A stretch of 64,000 nucleotides of DNA from the human T2T-CHM13v2.0 reference genome, Homo sapiens: assembly GCF_009914755.1 (NCBI RefSeq), contig NC_060926.1. One strand, 5' to 3'. The notes under the pieces were generated by a model. It was not told the origin of the DNA. It worked only from the letters and a program-made list of their open reading frames with translations, and made no database searches. Of the stretch, positions 1 through 12,285 are shown piece by piece; position 1 is the first letter of the stretch; the number at the start of each line of letters is the position of its first letter. The position numbers and the translations under genes are program-made.

Positions 1-2097
1 ATTATTTAAGGTTGCATAAGTTACAAGGTAGTATACTTACCGTAAGCATTAAAGGCTTCTAGAGAAAGAAATGAGTAGCCTCAGAGGATAACAGCTCTCA
101 ATATTCATGGCCAGAGGCCAGAATGTCAGAAAGAAAGTGATCAACTGCTTTTTTAACAGTGACTTCCCCTGGATGGGGAATGGAAAGCCTCTTTGGTATT
201 CACTACGCACCAGCAAGGAGTGTGGCTCCTTCTGGGTTTTGTACAGGGCCCAGCTCTACGCACACTCATTACAAGGTTATTACCATCATTATGGTGGACA
301 ATGCAATAATATTTTAAATGGGCCAAATTTGGCTCCTAGCTATTCATGTGCTGCTCTTGCAGGCCTTAGGGAAAATAGCTTATGAGTGCAGGGAAATCTA
401 ATCTGGCCCACATCCCATTGCTTCCTCTATGACACATTGAAAAGAGCCTCTGTGAAGAATTTCCATGGTTCTGGTTTGCATGAGCACTGATGAAAAGAAG
501 TGGACTTTGTGGATAACTCTCTGGGCCTAATAGAAGAACTTATTCGGGGTAAAAATATAAAACAAGTAAAGTTAGTTGCCCAAGCCCTCCATTATCCCTT
601 TCTGATTCATTTCCCTGACAGCTGTATGTCTTTCTCTGATCCTATTCTCATACTCCATTTTTCCTCTTGTGAAGAAGAAAAAATTCAAAGAAAGCCAACA
701 TCTGCCAAAGTATGTTTCATGGGCTAGTAGTTCTTCAAAATGTCTTGCCACAAAAAATTCTGGAGTCAGATAGATTTTAGAGAAGTCTCTCTTGGAGAGT
801 CATAGGGCACATATGAACATGCTAGAGATTTTGAGTGGCTTCAGAGGAAAGGGGCCTATAGAACTACGTTTAGGGCCCCTGTTTGTGACATAAGATCTAA
901 TACTTCTTAGAATTAATATTGTTCTATGGAATTATGTTTCAAATTTTACAGATCTTATGGAAATGATAATGTTTAATATTGAGGGTGTCATGTTAAGGTC
1001 AGCTGAACTTCAAACCTAAGCTATACCAGCTGAATATTTAAATGAGAAAGAGTTTTTCAAAACCTTATCCCCAAAGCAGTGAATCTAGATGAGAACTTCA
1101 AAAAATTATAAAGGCATTTATTTCTTTGCAGACACAATTCTGTATGAGAAACAAAATACCTGGTATGAGAAAATTATTAGTATCATCCAGTGTAACTGAT
1201 GTTTACCATAGTTTTAGCAACTACAACTCATAATAATAAGATAGTGTGTTAAACACGGCATACCTTCTCTGATTCAGGAGATGGCTTTGCCATCAGTTGA
1301 ATGATTTCTGGGAATCAAAGCTAAATTTTGAACATTGTTTTTGGATTTATTCCAAATGTAAAAAACTAAGACAATTAACTACGTAGAATATGGACCCTCG
1401 CAACTTCAAAATGCACATTTCTTTTCAACCAGATTTCTGGTAACTTTTGGTCTTGATGAAATGATTAGCTAACTGATTTTCAACTAATTTAAGAATAGGA
1501 TTCCAGCAAAACAGTTTGTGCATACAATCACCTAGGCAAAGATGACCCTGGCAATTATTAGCTTGCTCTTCCTCTGCAGAATTCCTGGGGAAACATGATC
1601 CACAGTCAACTAACCATTTTCATTAATATGCACTTATTCCTGCAGAAAGAAACATAACAGGCTACTCCATCCACAGACTTTAGGCATGCAGCTTGTGTGC
1701 AAGTGAAGCTTCCACAATGTTGTTCTACTCTCATTCCTCTGCAAGGTGGCATTACTAGGGAAAGTTTAAGGGGAGTGGGTGGGCAGAAAATGATGCAAAA
1801 ACTTTTTCCTGTAGAAGTGATTCTTTATCTGGGTTAAGGGCAGTACACAATTTTACAAGAAACAGAGCTTTCTGTAATTGTTGCATTGGGGTACATGTAA
1901 GGAGACACATTGCACTACATATATGTCACATGGCCCTTCTGTGGTATTGATGTTTCTTGTGATAAAAAGTAGACAAACTGAACATTCAAGGGTACATTTT
2001 AGAATAGGATTTTCAGCTAAGCAAACAAGAAACCTGCACAGAATAACAAATTTATCCAATTAAAAAAATCTTACACATAAACTAAAACCAAGAGCAC

Positions 2098-2471
2098 TGT
2101 ATTAATCCATTCTCACTCTGATATAAAGAACTGCCCAAGATTGGGTAATTTATAAAGAAAATAATTTTAATTGACTCACTTCTGCATGGCTGGGGAGGCC
2201 TCAAGAAACTTACAATCATGGTGGAAATGGAAGAGGCATGTTTTACATGGTGGCAGGCGAGAGAGAGCAAGTGCATGAAGAAGGAACTGTCAGACACTTA
2301 TGAAACCACCAAATCTTGTGAGAACTCACTCACTATCATGAGAATAGCAGAGGAGACAGCATTCCCATGAACCAATCACCTCCCACGAGGTATCTCCCTG
2401 AACATGTGGAGATTATGGGGCTTACAATTCAATATGAGATTTGGGTGGGGACATAAAACCTAACCATATCA
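2098..2471 (-). mobile_element. THE1/MST-family (ERVL-MaLR) solo LTR, THE1D/MSTA-like
   Basis: Starts TGTATTAATCCATTCTCAC and ends GGGTGGGGACATAAAACCTAACCATATCA, the reverse complement of MaLR LTR termini. Perfect 5-bp TSD AGCAC at 2093-2097 and 2472-2476. Confidence 0.92.
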
Positions 2472-4899
2472 AGCACTATCTAAGATCAAGAATTTACTTT
2501 GGAATCATAAAAGCCAGTGTTCCCCTTTATTTTGGGTCGTTGGGTTGTTTGCAAAGACAGGATCTAAGATCTACCAAAGCAGAATTTTCACTATTTAAGA
2601 TCTGTAAACAAAAATTTTGTGGACAGCAGGGCAAAGAATTCAGTTGAACATAGCCAGGTTTTCTAAGTAAATTAGAACATTTTAAATTATCCCATAAATT
2701 TAATAAATGTTTACTAATAATGTATTAACATCAAACGCTGCTCTAAGCTAGTTGAGAAAGTTATTTAACAAGTTTGAAGTCACTACCACCTGTTTACAGA
2801 GTGACTTGAACCTAATCTTTAGCCCAGAAAAAAATGAGTCCTGTGGAGAAGTAATCCTGTCCATTTGCACGGTTGTGAAGACAGCAAAGTCAGAACAGGA
2901 AGTCTATGCAAGAGAAATAAATGTACACTCTTATTGAAGACTTATTGATTCAGTATTGATCCAGTATTGCTGTAGACTCAGTTCAAGTTAGATCAACCTC
3001 TATATTAGGTGATAAATCACTTTGCCTGGTTTTCAATCACCTTTGCCCAATTCTCACTCAAAATGCTCCTTTGCTCTTGCCTTATTCAAGTCTACTATTC
3101 TCAAAGCTCATTCTCTTCATGAAATCCACAGATTGACTGCTTTTTTTTAAACTATCATTTTTATCAGACTTCTCCTGTATTTGAAAACTTACAATTATTT
3201 CTGATTTCCTGCTCTCAGGTCAGTGCTTAGTGCAGATTTGAGGTGAGCCAAGTTAGTGTGGGCCACTCTAGTCCTGCTCCTTTGCATCCTCTCTTCTTGA
3301 TAGCAGCTGTTCCTTTCAGTGTACCTCTATGCTGCCTTCTGCTCTAATTTGTGATACTGAAGACTTCAGAATGCTACTACCTTACCTAGTGGAGTTTCCA
3401 ACTCCCAAGAGGAATCACTTTTAAACTAAAAAAATTGAGCTACAAGTGGACGGTTTCCATGTACCAGTTATCAAGCAAAAGAAAATTTGAAGACTATGTG
3501 CACCTTCTAGTTTGCAAGGCAGCACCGTACGATGTGTAAGGCTGATTAATTGATTTCTCTTTATTACAGTTTCTGAACTACTAAAATGAGAATTATGAAA
3601 GTTTTTATACAGCTGTTATAGGCATAAATGACTGAATAGTTGTAAATGCTCAGGTCATAAATACTATGTAAGTGTCTAATCATTAGCTAAAAATTGGCAT
3701 CCAGATATGTCAAGGTGAGAGAATAAGACTTCATGCTAAATTTGAACATGGAGTTCAAGGTCATCCATGATATGATTTCTATCTCTTCCTTCTGTATATA
3801 CTTCCTACTTACTGCCCTGGGGAGAACTAACCTCTTCCATTCCTACTTCTTTACATAGGACAGACCTAGGCTGACAACTCAACCTGCTTGTCTCTCTTTT
3901 GTAACTGTGGATGAGCAAGCTAAGCCAGGAATGGCCCCTCGGTGTATGTCTCTACATTTGTGACGACCAGCCCTCTTCACCCTGCTATCTATTCCAAACT
4001 GCTGTGAATGTACTGTACATGTTTCCCTCCAGAAAATGAAATTCAAAGGCAAACAGGGAAATACAGAAGGGAACCCTTGTTAGTTTTTGGTTGTGCTTTA
4101 AAAAAAAAAAATTCACATAGTCTGTTGGTCTCTGGATCATAGCTGTTACAATATTCAACAAATTTTTGCTGAGCATCTACTGTGCAATGCCCTAAGCAAT
4201 GAGATGAGGCAAAAAGAGGGGAGGGTGAGTAAGACAGCTCTTGCCTTCAAGTAGCTTTCTTTTAAAAAACCCATTCTGCTATTTTTGCAGCTCATTAAAA
4301 TAAAATAAACTATCCAAATAGAGATGTTTGGAAAGCTGATGCATAGAAAATCAAGAATTAAAAATGTTTATGAATCCCAATAATTCTCCCAGGAGGAAGT
4401 TTTAAGAATGAAGAGAGAAATATTTACCATTTTGTTAAAACTGTTCTAACATGAGTCCCTTTTTCCACTTGGGCAGAGTTGAAGTGTTAAATCTAAGTCA
4501 GCATTAATGGATTTGAAAGAATATGAAGAACTAAGGACTCCTATCTGACCTGGATTCGTAATTAGAACCAGTGCTTCCCTGTGTTATGAGAGACAAGGCC
4601 CCTGTCTCTGCCTTCACTTTAGAGAAGTCTTGGTCTAGTTCTCTCAGATTATGTTTTCCCCTCAGAGGAAAGATTTGTGAAGCCAAGGAAACAAGCTCTT
4701 TGTCTAAAGGGCATTCCAAGTACCAGGATCCTGAATTTCCCACAATGGTTCCAGTGAACCATCCCAACTGTTGTATGGCCAGGGGGTGCTGTTGCTGTGA
4801 GTATGGATGGGGCTTAGCTGTGTGCACTGGCATTTCCCCAAAGGTACAGTGGGGCTCCTCATAGTTCAGGATACAGCAGGGGAAAGATAAAAGAAGGGG

Positions 4900-5150
4900 G
4901 CGAATCAGGGCCATGAGCTGCGGGCTGGCCCTCTACACCACGACCGCATGTGGGAATCTAAGAATTCTAAATTCTGCCTAGTTCTAAATTCTAAATTCTG
5001 CCTGGGCTTTTGGATCATGTGAAGGTATGTATTTCAAGGTAGGAAAATAGAATGTGGGTTATTCAACCGTTTGTTAGATTGATTTATAACTTTTGAATAT
5101 TAGACATATCATTTGTGGGCTTCCATATTTATTCTTCCCCTACCCTCACC
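4900..5150. mobile_element. Probable ancient hAT/Tip100-type DNA transposon relic
   Basis: TTTCAAGGTAGGAAAATAGAA...TTGATTTATAACTTTTGAATATTAGACATAT...GTGGGCTTCCAT resembles recalled Tip100-family non-autonomous consensus. No TIRs confirmed. Confidence 0.35.
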
Positions 5151-6797
5151 AATGTCAGAATATACATACAAAATGGAGTTTGGCTCTGTCTTTCTTCAGG
5201 AAATTCCTCCAGGCTCCTTCTGTGAAGCCTGTCTGTGCTCTCCCTCATTTCCTGGACAGTTTCCAGCTTTAGATCTACCTCTCTGTCTCACTTTGTAAGA
5301 AATAGACTAGTTTTTTGGATCATTGGTTTGACCTCTGCCCTTGTCTTCTCTCTTACTACCTTTGTATTTTTGTATCCCTAATGTCTGAACCCAGGTGCAC
5401 TTTACCTCCTTGCTCAACAAAGTCAAGCTCAAATGAGATTTGTATGAGAGCTGGTTACCTATTCAGGGGCTGGGATTAATCAGCTGCCCCATACCTCAAT
5501 TGTTCTCTGTTATAATGTATAATAAGTCCTTTTCTTGATATATATATACATATAAAGTCCTCAAAAACAAATCCAAGAATTAGCACTGACAAAAGATGTA
5601 AATTAAAAAAAGAAAGAAAGAAACTTAGCCAAAAGCCTTTGAAGTCATTAAAGCTTGGAACGACAATAGTGGTAATGCTGAGGTTTATGACCTGCGCAGG
5701 TCCATGGCATAGGCAATCTCCATATGTTGCAACTATTATGAATAGCAAAGCTTACCATCAAGTCCATTCTGTTAGACTCTAGAAATGTAAATGGCTTAAT
5801 AGTTGCTAAAATTAATTAATTGGTTGAATCATTATTTCACTGCTACCACAAATATTCATCTTGCATCTGCCTAATAGATCAGCTGGTCTGTTCCCAAACA
5901 AGCCCACCATGGGTTGTTCCACTATATGTAGACATTACACAGCTATTATGGAAAAATGAACTCTTCTTCCTACTTTTCTAGCAACTAAAGCTCCCGCTCA
6001 AACACGAACACATCTCATTTTAACTATATTTGATGTAAATATTTCTAAAGTGTCCTAATTTCCTTAGAGTATACTAATATTCTTTAATCACTCACAAAGT
6101 CAATCACTCACCATGTTTTAATCAATTCTGAGATGTACTAAGGAAATTTCAGAGTATAAATGGCAGTCTGTTTGGTTTTGGTTTCTGTATTTGTTCTTTG
6201 TAATTTTTTCATGCACTCTCATTCTTTACTTCCATCAATGTGCCTTCCTAGTACCTCTACTCCCTTTAATGTGCTTCTCACCTTTGGACTGGAAAACCAC
6301 ATATGGAAAAACATTTTCTAAAATAGCAGTGAGCATCTGACATATTGTCTATGAAAAAAAAGACATAAATTTAATAGACCAATTTTAAGGCATCTTTTTT
6401 GACTATTGGAGATCAGGTTTGATTATTTCCTGTTTTGCAGTTGTATTTAGAAAAAAACTTGTGTAGTGACTAGTTAGTAGGTAAATTAGGTATTATTGAA
6501 ATATGCTATGAGACATGTCATAAGATAACTGACTAGTTCAGAACATGTGATTTGTTAAAAAGAGGTAAATTCAATGAAAGTAGTTTGATTTAACTGACTA
6601 TCAATCAGATCAATTCACTCAACTGGCTATGTGTTTGCATTAGTGTTACGTATTTATTTTATTTTCTAAATGCTTTGCAACTCAAACTGGAATATCTAGG
6701 AAAACTGTTAAAAATAATTAAAATAGGTTAAAAGATCAGCTTTCAACATGATAGCATGAGGAACTATGCTAGCCTGCTCCTCAGCAAAACTGGAGAA

Positions 6798-7590
6798 TAT
6801 ATATATATTACATATATATTATATATATAATATATATTCTTTTATATATTATATATGGTATATATTCTTTTATATATTATATATAATATATATTCTTTTA
6901 TATATTATATATAGTATATATTCTTTTATATATTATATATAGTATATATTCTTTTATATATTATATATAGTATATATTCTTTTATATATTATATATAGTA
7001 TATATTCTTTTATATATTATATATAGTATATATTCTTTTATATATTATATATAGTATATATTCTTTTATATATTATATATATAATATATATTCTTTTATA
7101 TATCATATATAATATATATTCTTTTATATATTATATATAATATATATTCTTTTATATATTATATATCATGTATATATAATATACAAAATATATATAGATT
7201 TTATATATAGATTATTACATAATAGAATATATTATATATTATATATAATATATACATAATATATAATATTATATATGATATAATATATATCATATATATC
7301 ATATAATATATATTATATATCATATATTATATATAATAATATATAGATTATATATAATTATATATATAATATATATAATTATATATATTATCTATATATA
7401 GATAATATATATAATTATATATAATATATTATATAGATTATATATAATTATATTATATACAAAATCTATATATAATATATATTATATTATATATAATATA
7501 CATAACTATATAAAAAATATAATATATAATATATATAATATATAATATATATACTATATATATTATATATATAATATATATATATATAAT
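6798..7590. repeat. AT-rich minisatellite: ~12 copies of a 28-bp unit followed by degenerate (TA)-rich sequence
   Basis: Unit TATATATTCTTTTATATATTATATATAG. The anchor TTCTTTTATA recurs at 6837, 6865, 6893, 6921, 6949, 6977, 7005, 7033, 7061, 7091, 7119 and 7147. Confidence 0.97.
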
Positions 7591-8103
7591 GTTTCTGGAA
7601 ATTGTCCTATTGGTGAACAGCAAATGAAGAAACATCTATTCAATAATCTTTACAAAAATTTGTTAAGAAATTAAGAATTTGTGGTATTTTGACCAAAACC
7701 ACTTCCTCTTTCTCTCACTCCCAACTCAGTGAGGTAGAGACTCTACTCCAGATTGATGCCACAAAAAACACAGGGCTCACTCTCTCCCAGCACCCAAATA
7801 GAGGGCTTTTTTATTGGGGCTACCATGTCATAGTATACAGGATGTCAGTGTTTCTCATTCTGTTCCCAGTTTCCTGTTACTGAGGCTAAGTCCTGGGAAA
7901 GTTTGGTTGAGTGGTAGGGGTTCCCTTTTTGTGCCAAGCCCTCACTTGTGAAATGGAGGCTCCCCCACTGGGCACAGTGTGCTCAGAACACTGAACCCCT
8001 GATGACTCTTGCCCCAGCTTGTGAGGCTATGGTTCCGCACTAGGAAAAGCAAGCTGAGAAAACCCAAGGTTTGTGCCACCTTCTCCATGAGGCTTTTGCC
8101 TCC

Positions 8104-8533
8104 TGTATTAGTCTGTTCTTGCATTGCTATAAAGAAATACCTGAAGCTGGGTAGTTTATAAAGAAAATAAATTTAATTGGCTCATGATTCTGCAGGCTGT
8201 ACAGGAAGCATGGTGCTAGCATCTCCTCAGCTTCTGGGGAGGCCTCAGAAAATTTACAATCGTGGTGGAAGGTGAAGGGGAGCATGAACTTCACTGGAGT
8301 ACATGGTTGCAGTAGGAGCAAGAACAAGAGCAGGGGAAGTGCTACACACTTTTAAATAACCAGATCTTTCAAGAACTCACTATCAGGAGAATAGCACCAA
8401 GAGGATGGCGCTAAACCATTCATGGAGGATCCACTACCATGATCCAGTCATCTCCAACCAGGCCCCACCTCCAACATTGGGGATTACAATTGAACATAAG
8501 ATATGGGTGGGGACACAGACCCAAACCATATCA
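8104..8533 (-). mobile_element. MSTA/MSTB solo LTR (ERVL-MaLR)
   Basis: TGTATTAGTCTGTTCTTGCATTGCTATAAAGAAATACCTGA...GGCTGTACAGGAAGCATGG...GGGACACAGACCCAAACCATATCA. Confidence 0.92.
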
Positions 8534-8659
8534 AGCTCCTAAATCAGTGATGTCATTAAGAAAGCAGCTTGTCATTGTCTCCATCCCCAGCTTCAGAGCC
8601 CTGGTTCATAGATTTAGCCTGGAAAGAGAAACGGGCTATAAAGCAGATAGGATAGCTTC

Positions 8660-9340
8660 CAGGAAGTAACATCAGCAAGATGGTAAAATAGGAAATCTCA
8701 GGCTCCACTTCCCACTACAGAAAGTTCAACTACTAGGTTGATGTAAAAGTAATTGCAGTTTTTGCCACTGAAAGTAATGACAAAACCGTAATTACTTTTG
8801 CACCAACCTAATAGCAACTCTTCTCAAGATAGGACATCTTTTTGAAAACCACAACACTTGGAAACAAACTGGAGATATCACATGTTCTGTAGAACTGAAT
8901 GAAATATAAATTAGAAGGGTAAGAAGAATGATCTCACTCTATGTCAACCCCCTCCCATCCAACCCCATGTCTGCAATGCCAGATGAAGATTTCCCTGGTC
9001 CCACAGTTTCTACAGGGAAAAAAGAGAACTGAGAATCAGAGGCAATCATCCAGCTTCTCTAGCATTCCAAGATACTTCTCAGGAAGCCCACTCTTGTCTC
9101 ATCTCACAGGGAATACTTGGAAAAACGTTACGGCTATAGGGCCTGGGGTCAGGTAGGAACAAAGAAAGGAGACAGAGGTAATTACCCACCTGCAAAGCTG
9201 ATCTAGTTGCCCTCAGAATCCTGGTGGGAAGCAAAAATTAGCTTGAGTTTCTAGAATGCTAGTTTTTCCACCTAGCCTCAGGGTCCACCTCAATGACCAG
9301 ACCCAAACAGGGAGACACTGGTCTCTGCTCATTTTGGAAT
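8660..9340 (+). mobile_element. L1 5'UTR fragment (L1M/L1MA-type), probably the 5' end of the L1MA that follows
   Basis: GGAAGTAACATCAGCAAGATGG...AGGCTCCACTTCCC...AGAAAGTTCAAC(MADE1)TAGCAACT, with the CAAGATGG YY1-type start typical of L1 5' ends. Confidence 0.55.
8733..8811. mobile_element. MADE1 (Hsmar1-derived mariner MITE)
   Basis: 79-bp palindrome CTAGGTTGATGTAAAAGTAATTGCAGTTTTTGCC...GACAAAACCGTAATTACTTTTGCACCAACCTAA, with TA target duplication at 8731-8732 and 8812-8813. Confidence 0.95.
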
Positions 9341-10457
9341 AGCAAAGTAGCTAGACCACATTATTCAGATAGAAGATTGATAAGGAAACATTGGGCTTAA
9401 ACAACACTTTAGACCAAAGGGACCTAGTAGACATATACAGAGCATTTCATCCAACATTAACAGAATACACTTTCTTCTCAAGTGCACGTGGAACATTCTT
9501 CTGGATAGATCACACGTTAGGGCACTAAATATGCATCAGCAAATTTAAGAAGAATGAAACTATATCAAGTATCTTTTCTAACCACAATAAAATGAAACTA
9601 GAAATCCATAACAGGAAGAATTTTGGGAAATTCACAAATACATAGAAACTAAACAACATGCTTCTGAACAATTAATGAGTTAATAAAGAAGTTAAAAGGA
9701 AAATGTAAAAATATCTTCGAAAAAATTAAAATGGAAACACAACATACCAAAACTTGTAGGATACAGCAAAGGAAGTTCTAACAAGAAAGTTTACAGCCAT
9801 AAGCACATCAAAAAGCAGAAAGATCTCAAGAAAATGACCTGAAGTTACATAGCAAGTAACTGGAAATTAAGAACAAACTAAGCCCAAAGTTAGCAGAAGG
9901 AAATAATAAAGATTAGAGCAGAAATAAATAAAATAGAGACTAAAAAAAATGCAAAAGATCAACACAACTAAGAATTGGTTCTTTGAAAAAATAAAATAGA
10001 GAAATCTTTAGCTAGACTAACTAAGAAAAAATGAGAGAAGATCAAATAAAATTAGAAATAAAAGAGAAGACATTAAATTGATACCACAGAAACACAAAAA
10101 GAAAATATTACTAAGAAAAATAAAATGCCAACAAATCTGATAACCTAGAAGAAATGAATTTCTAGACACATACCAATGCTATTCTCTAAATGAATAACTT
10201 TCTAGACAATCTACCAAGACTGAATAATGAAGAAATAGAAAATCTGAACAAATCAGTAATGAATAAGGAGATTGAATCAGTAATAAAAAGTCTCCCCCAA
10301 GAAAATCTCAAGACTTGATGGTTTCATGACTAAATTCTACCAAACGTTTAAAAAGGATATAGTAATAATTATTCTTAAAGTAATCTAAGAAGAAATACTT
10401 TTAAACTCTTTTCATAAGGTCAGAATTACCCTGATACCCAACACAAAGACATTACAA

Positions 10458-10580
10458 AGGAAGGAAGGAAGGAAGGGAGGGAGGGAGGGGAAGGGAGAGA
10501 GAGAGAGAGAGAGAGAAAGAAGAAAAGAAAGAGGGAGAGAAAAAGAGAAAGAAAGGAAGGAAGCAAGAAAGGAAAAAAAC
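10458..10580. repeat. Polypurine (GGAA)n/(GA)n/(GAAA)n simple repeat inside the L1MA
   Basis: AGGAAGGAAGGAAGGAAGGGAGGGAGGGAGGGGAAGGGAGAGAGAGAG..., an almost pure A/G strand. Confidence 0.95.
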
Positions 10581-11638
10581 TAGTGGCCAATATCCTTGAT
10601 GAAGATATGAAGATAGATGGAAAAATCTTCAGCAAAATGCTAGCAAATAAAATTCTCCAACACATTATATCAAGTGAGATTAATCTCTGGGATGGAAGGA
10701 TGATTCAACATACACAAGTCAATACATATGATGTATCATATTAACAAAATGAAAAACAAAGACCATATTATCAATTCATTAGGTGCAGAAAAGGTAATTG
10801 AGAGAATTCAACATTTTTTTTTGTGATAAAAACTGTCACCAAATTAAGTATTGAAGAAATGTACCTAAACACAATACAGGCCATATTGAAAAGTTCACAG
10901 CTAACATTAAAGTCAACAGTGAAAAGTCTTTCCTTAAAGATCTGGAACAAGAAAAGGATGCCCACCCCATCTACCTCTGTTCAATGTAGTATTGGGAGTC
11001 CTTGTCAGAGCAATTAGGCAGGAGAATGAAACAAAAGGCATGCAAATAGGAAAGAAAGGAGCAAAATTGTTTACTTTCAGAGAGCAGTCTTTCAGAAATT
11101 ATTTGCTGATGATATGACATTATATAATAGAGAAAACCCTAAAGACTCCACCAAAAAACTGTTAGAACTAATAAATGAATATAGTAAAGTTGCAGGATAC
11201 AAAATAAACACACAAAAATCAGAAGAGTTTTTATACACTAATAATGAATCATCTGAAAAATAAATTAAAAGAGCAATCCTATTTAAAAGAGCTAAAAAAA
11301 GAAATTATATACTTAGAATAAATTTACTGAAGAAGGTGAAAAACCTGTACACTCAAAATGTAAAACATCAGTGGGAGAAACTAGATACAAATAAATGGAA
11401 AAATACCTTGTGTTCATGGATAAGAATAGTTAATATTGTCAAAATATCCATACTGCTCAAAGTGATCTAGAGATTCTATGCAATCACTAGCAAAATTCCA
11501 ATATCTTTCTTTTATAGAAAAATAAAAAAATCCTAAAATTTGTATGGAGCTGCAAAAAAACCCCAAATAGCCAAGGCAATCAGAAGCTAAGAACACCAAG
11601 CTGGAGGTATCACATTACCTGATTTCAAACTATACTAA

Positions 11639-11991
<353 letters not shown>

Positions 11992-12285
11992 TTATTTTTA
12001 TTTTTTTAAAACAATGCCTCACTCTGTTGCCCAGGCTGGAGTGCAGTGGCATGAACATGGCACACCGAGGCCTCAATTTCCTGGGTTCAAGTAATCCTCC
12101 CACCTCAGTCTCCTGAGTAGCTGAGACCACAGGCACACATCACCATGCCCAGCTGATTGTTTTATTTTTTGTAGAGATGAGGTTTTGCCATGTTGCCCAG
12201 GCTAGTCTTGAACTCCTGGGCTCAATCTTCCAGCCTCAGCTTCCCAAAGTGCTTGGATTACAGACATAAGCCACAACCCCCAGCC
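11992..12285 (-). mobile_element. AluJ
   Basis: AluJ diagnostics: TTGCCATGTTGCCCAGGCT, AACTCCTGGGCTCAA, GCTGAGACCACAGG. The flanks share AAAGCTA, where the host L1 resumes. Confidence 0.92.

Larger units (their letters stand above)
6737..8650 (+). mobile_element. Ancient L1 5' region (L1MDa-like), interrupted by an AT-rich VNTR and an MST LTR
   Basis: AACATGATAGCATGAGGAACT...CAAAACTGGAGAA, then after the VNTR CTGGAAATTGTCCT...CAGCAAATGAAGAAACATCTATTCAA...ACTCTACTCCAG, matching the recalled L1MDa 5' end. Confidence 0.6.

Noticed and set aside
3755-3763. TCAAGGTCA ERR/SF-1 sites (also 46998-47006)
   Set aside because: One or two hits of a 9-mer in 64 kb on both strands is close to chance expectation.
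4531-4914. Overlapping 127-aa and 97-aa ORFs
   Set aside because: No recognisable domain, splice structure or codon bias. Their lengths are compatible with chance.
6820-7166. 28-bp periodic repeat as a CRISPR array
   Set aside because: The units are directly tandem with no unique spacers, there are no cas genes, and the context is primate. It is a VNTR.
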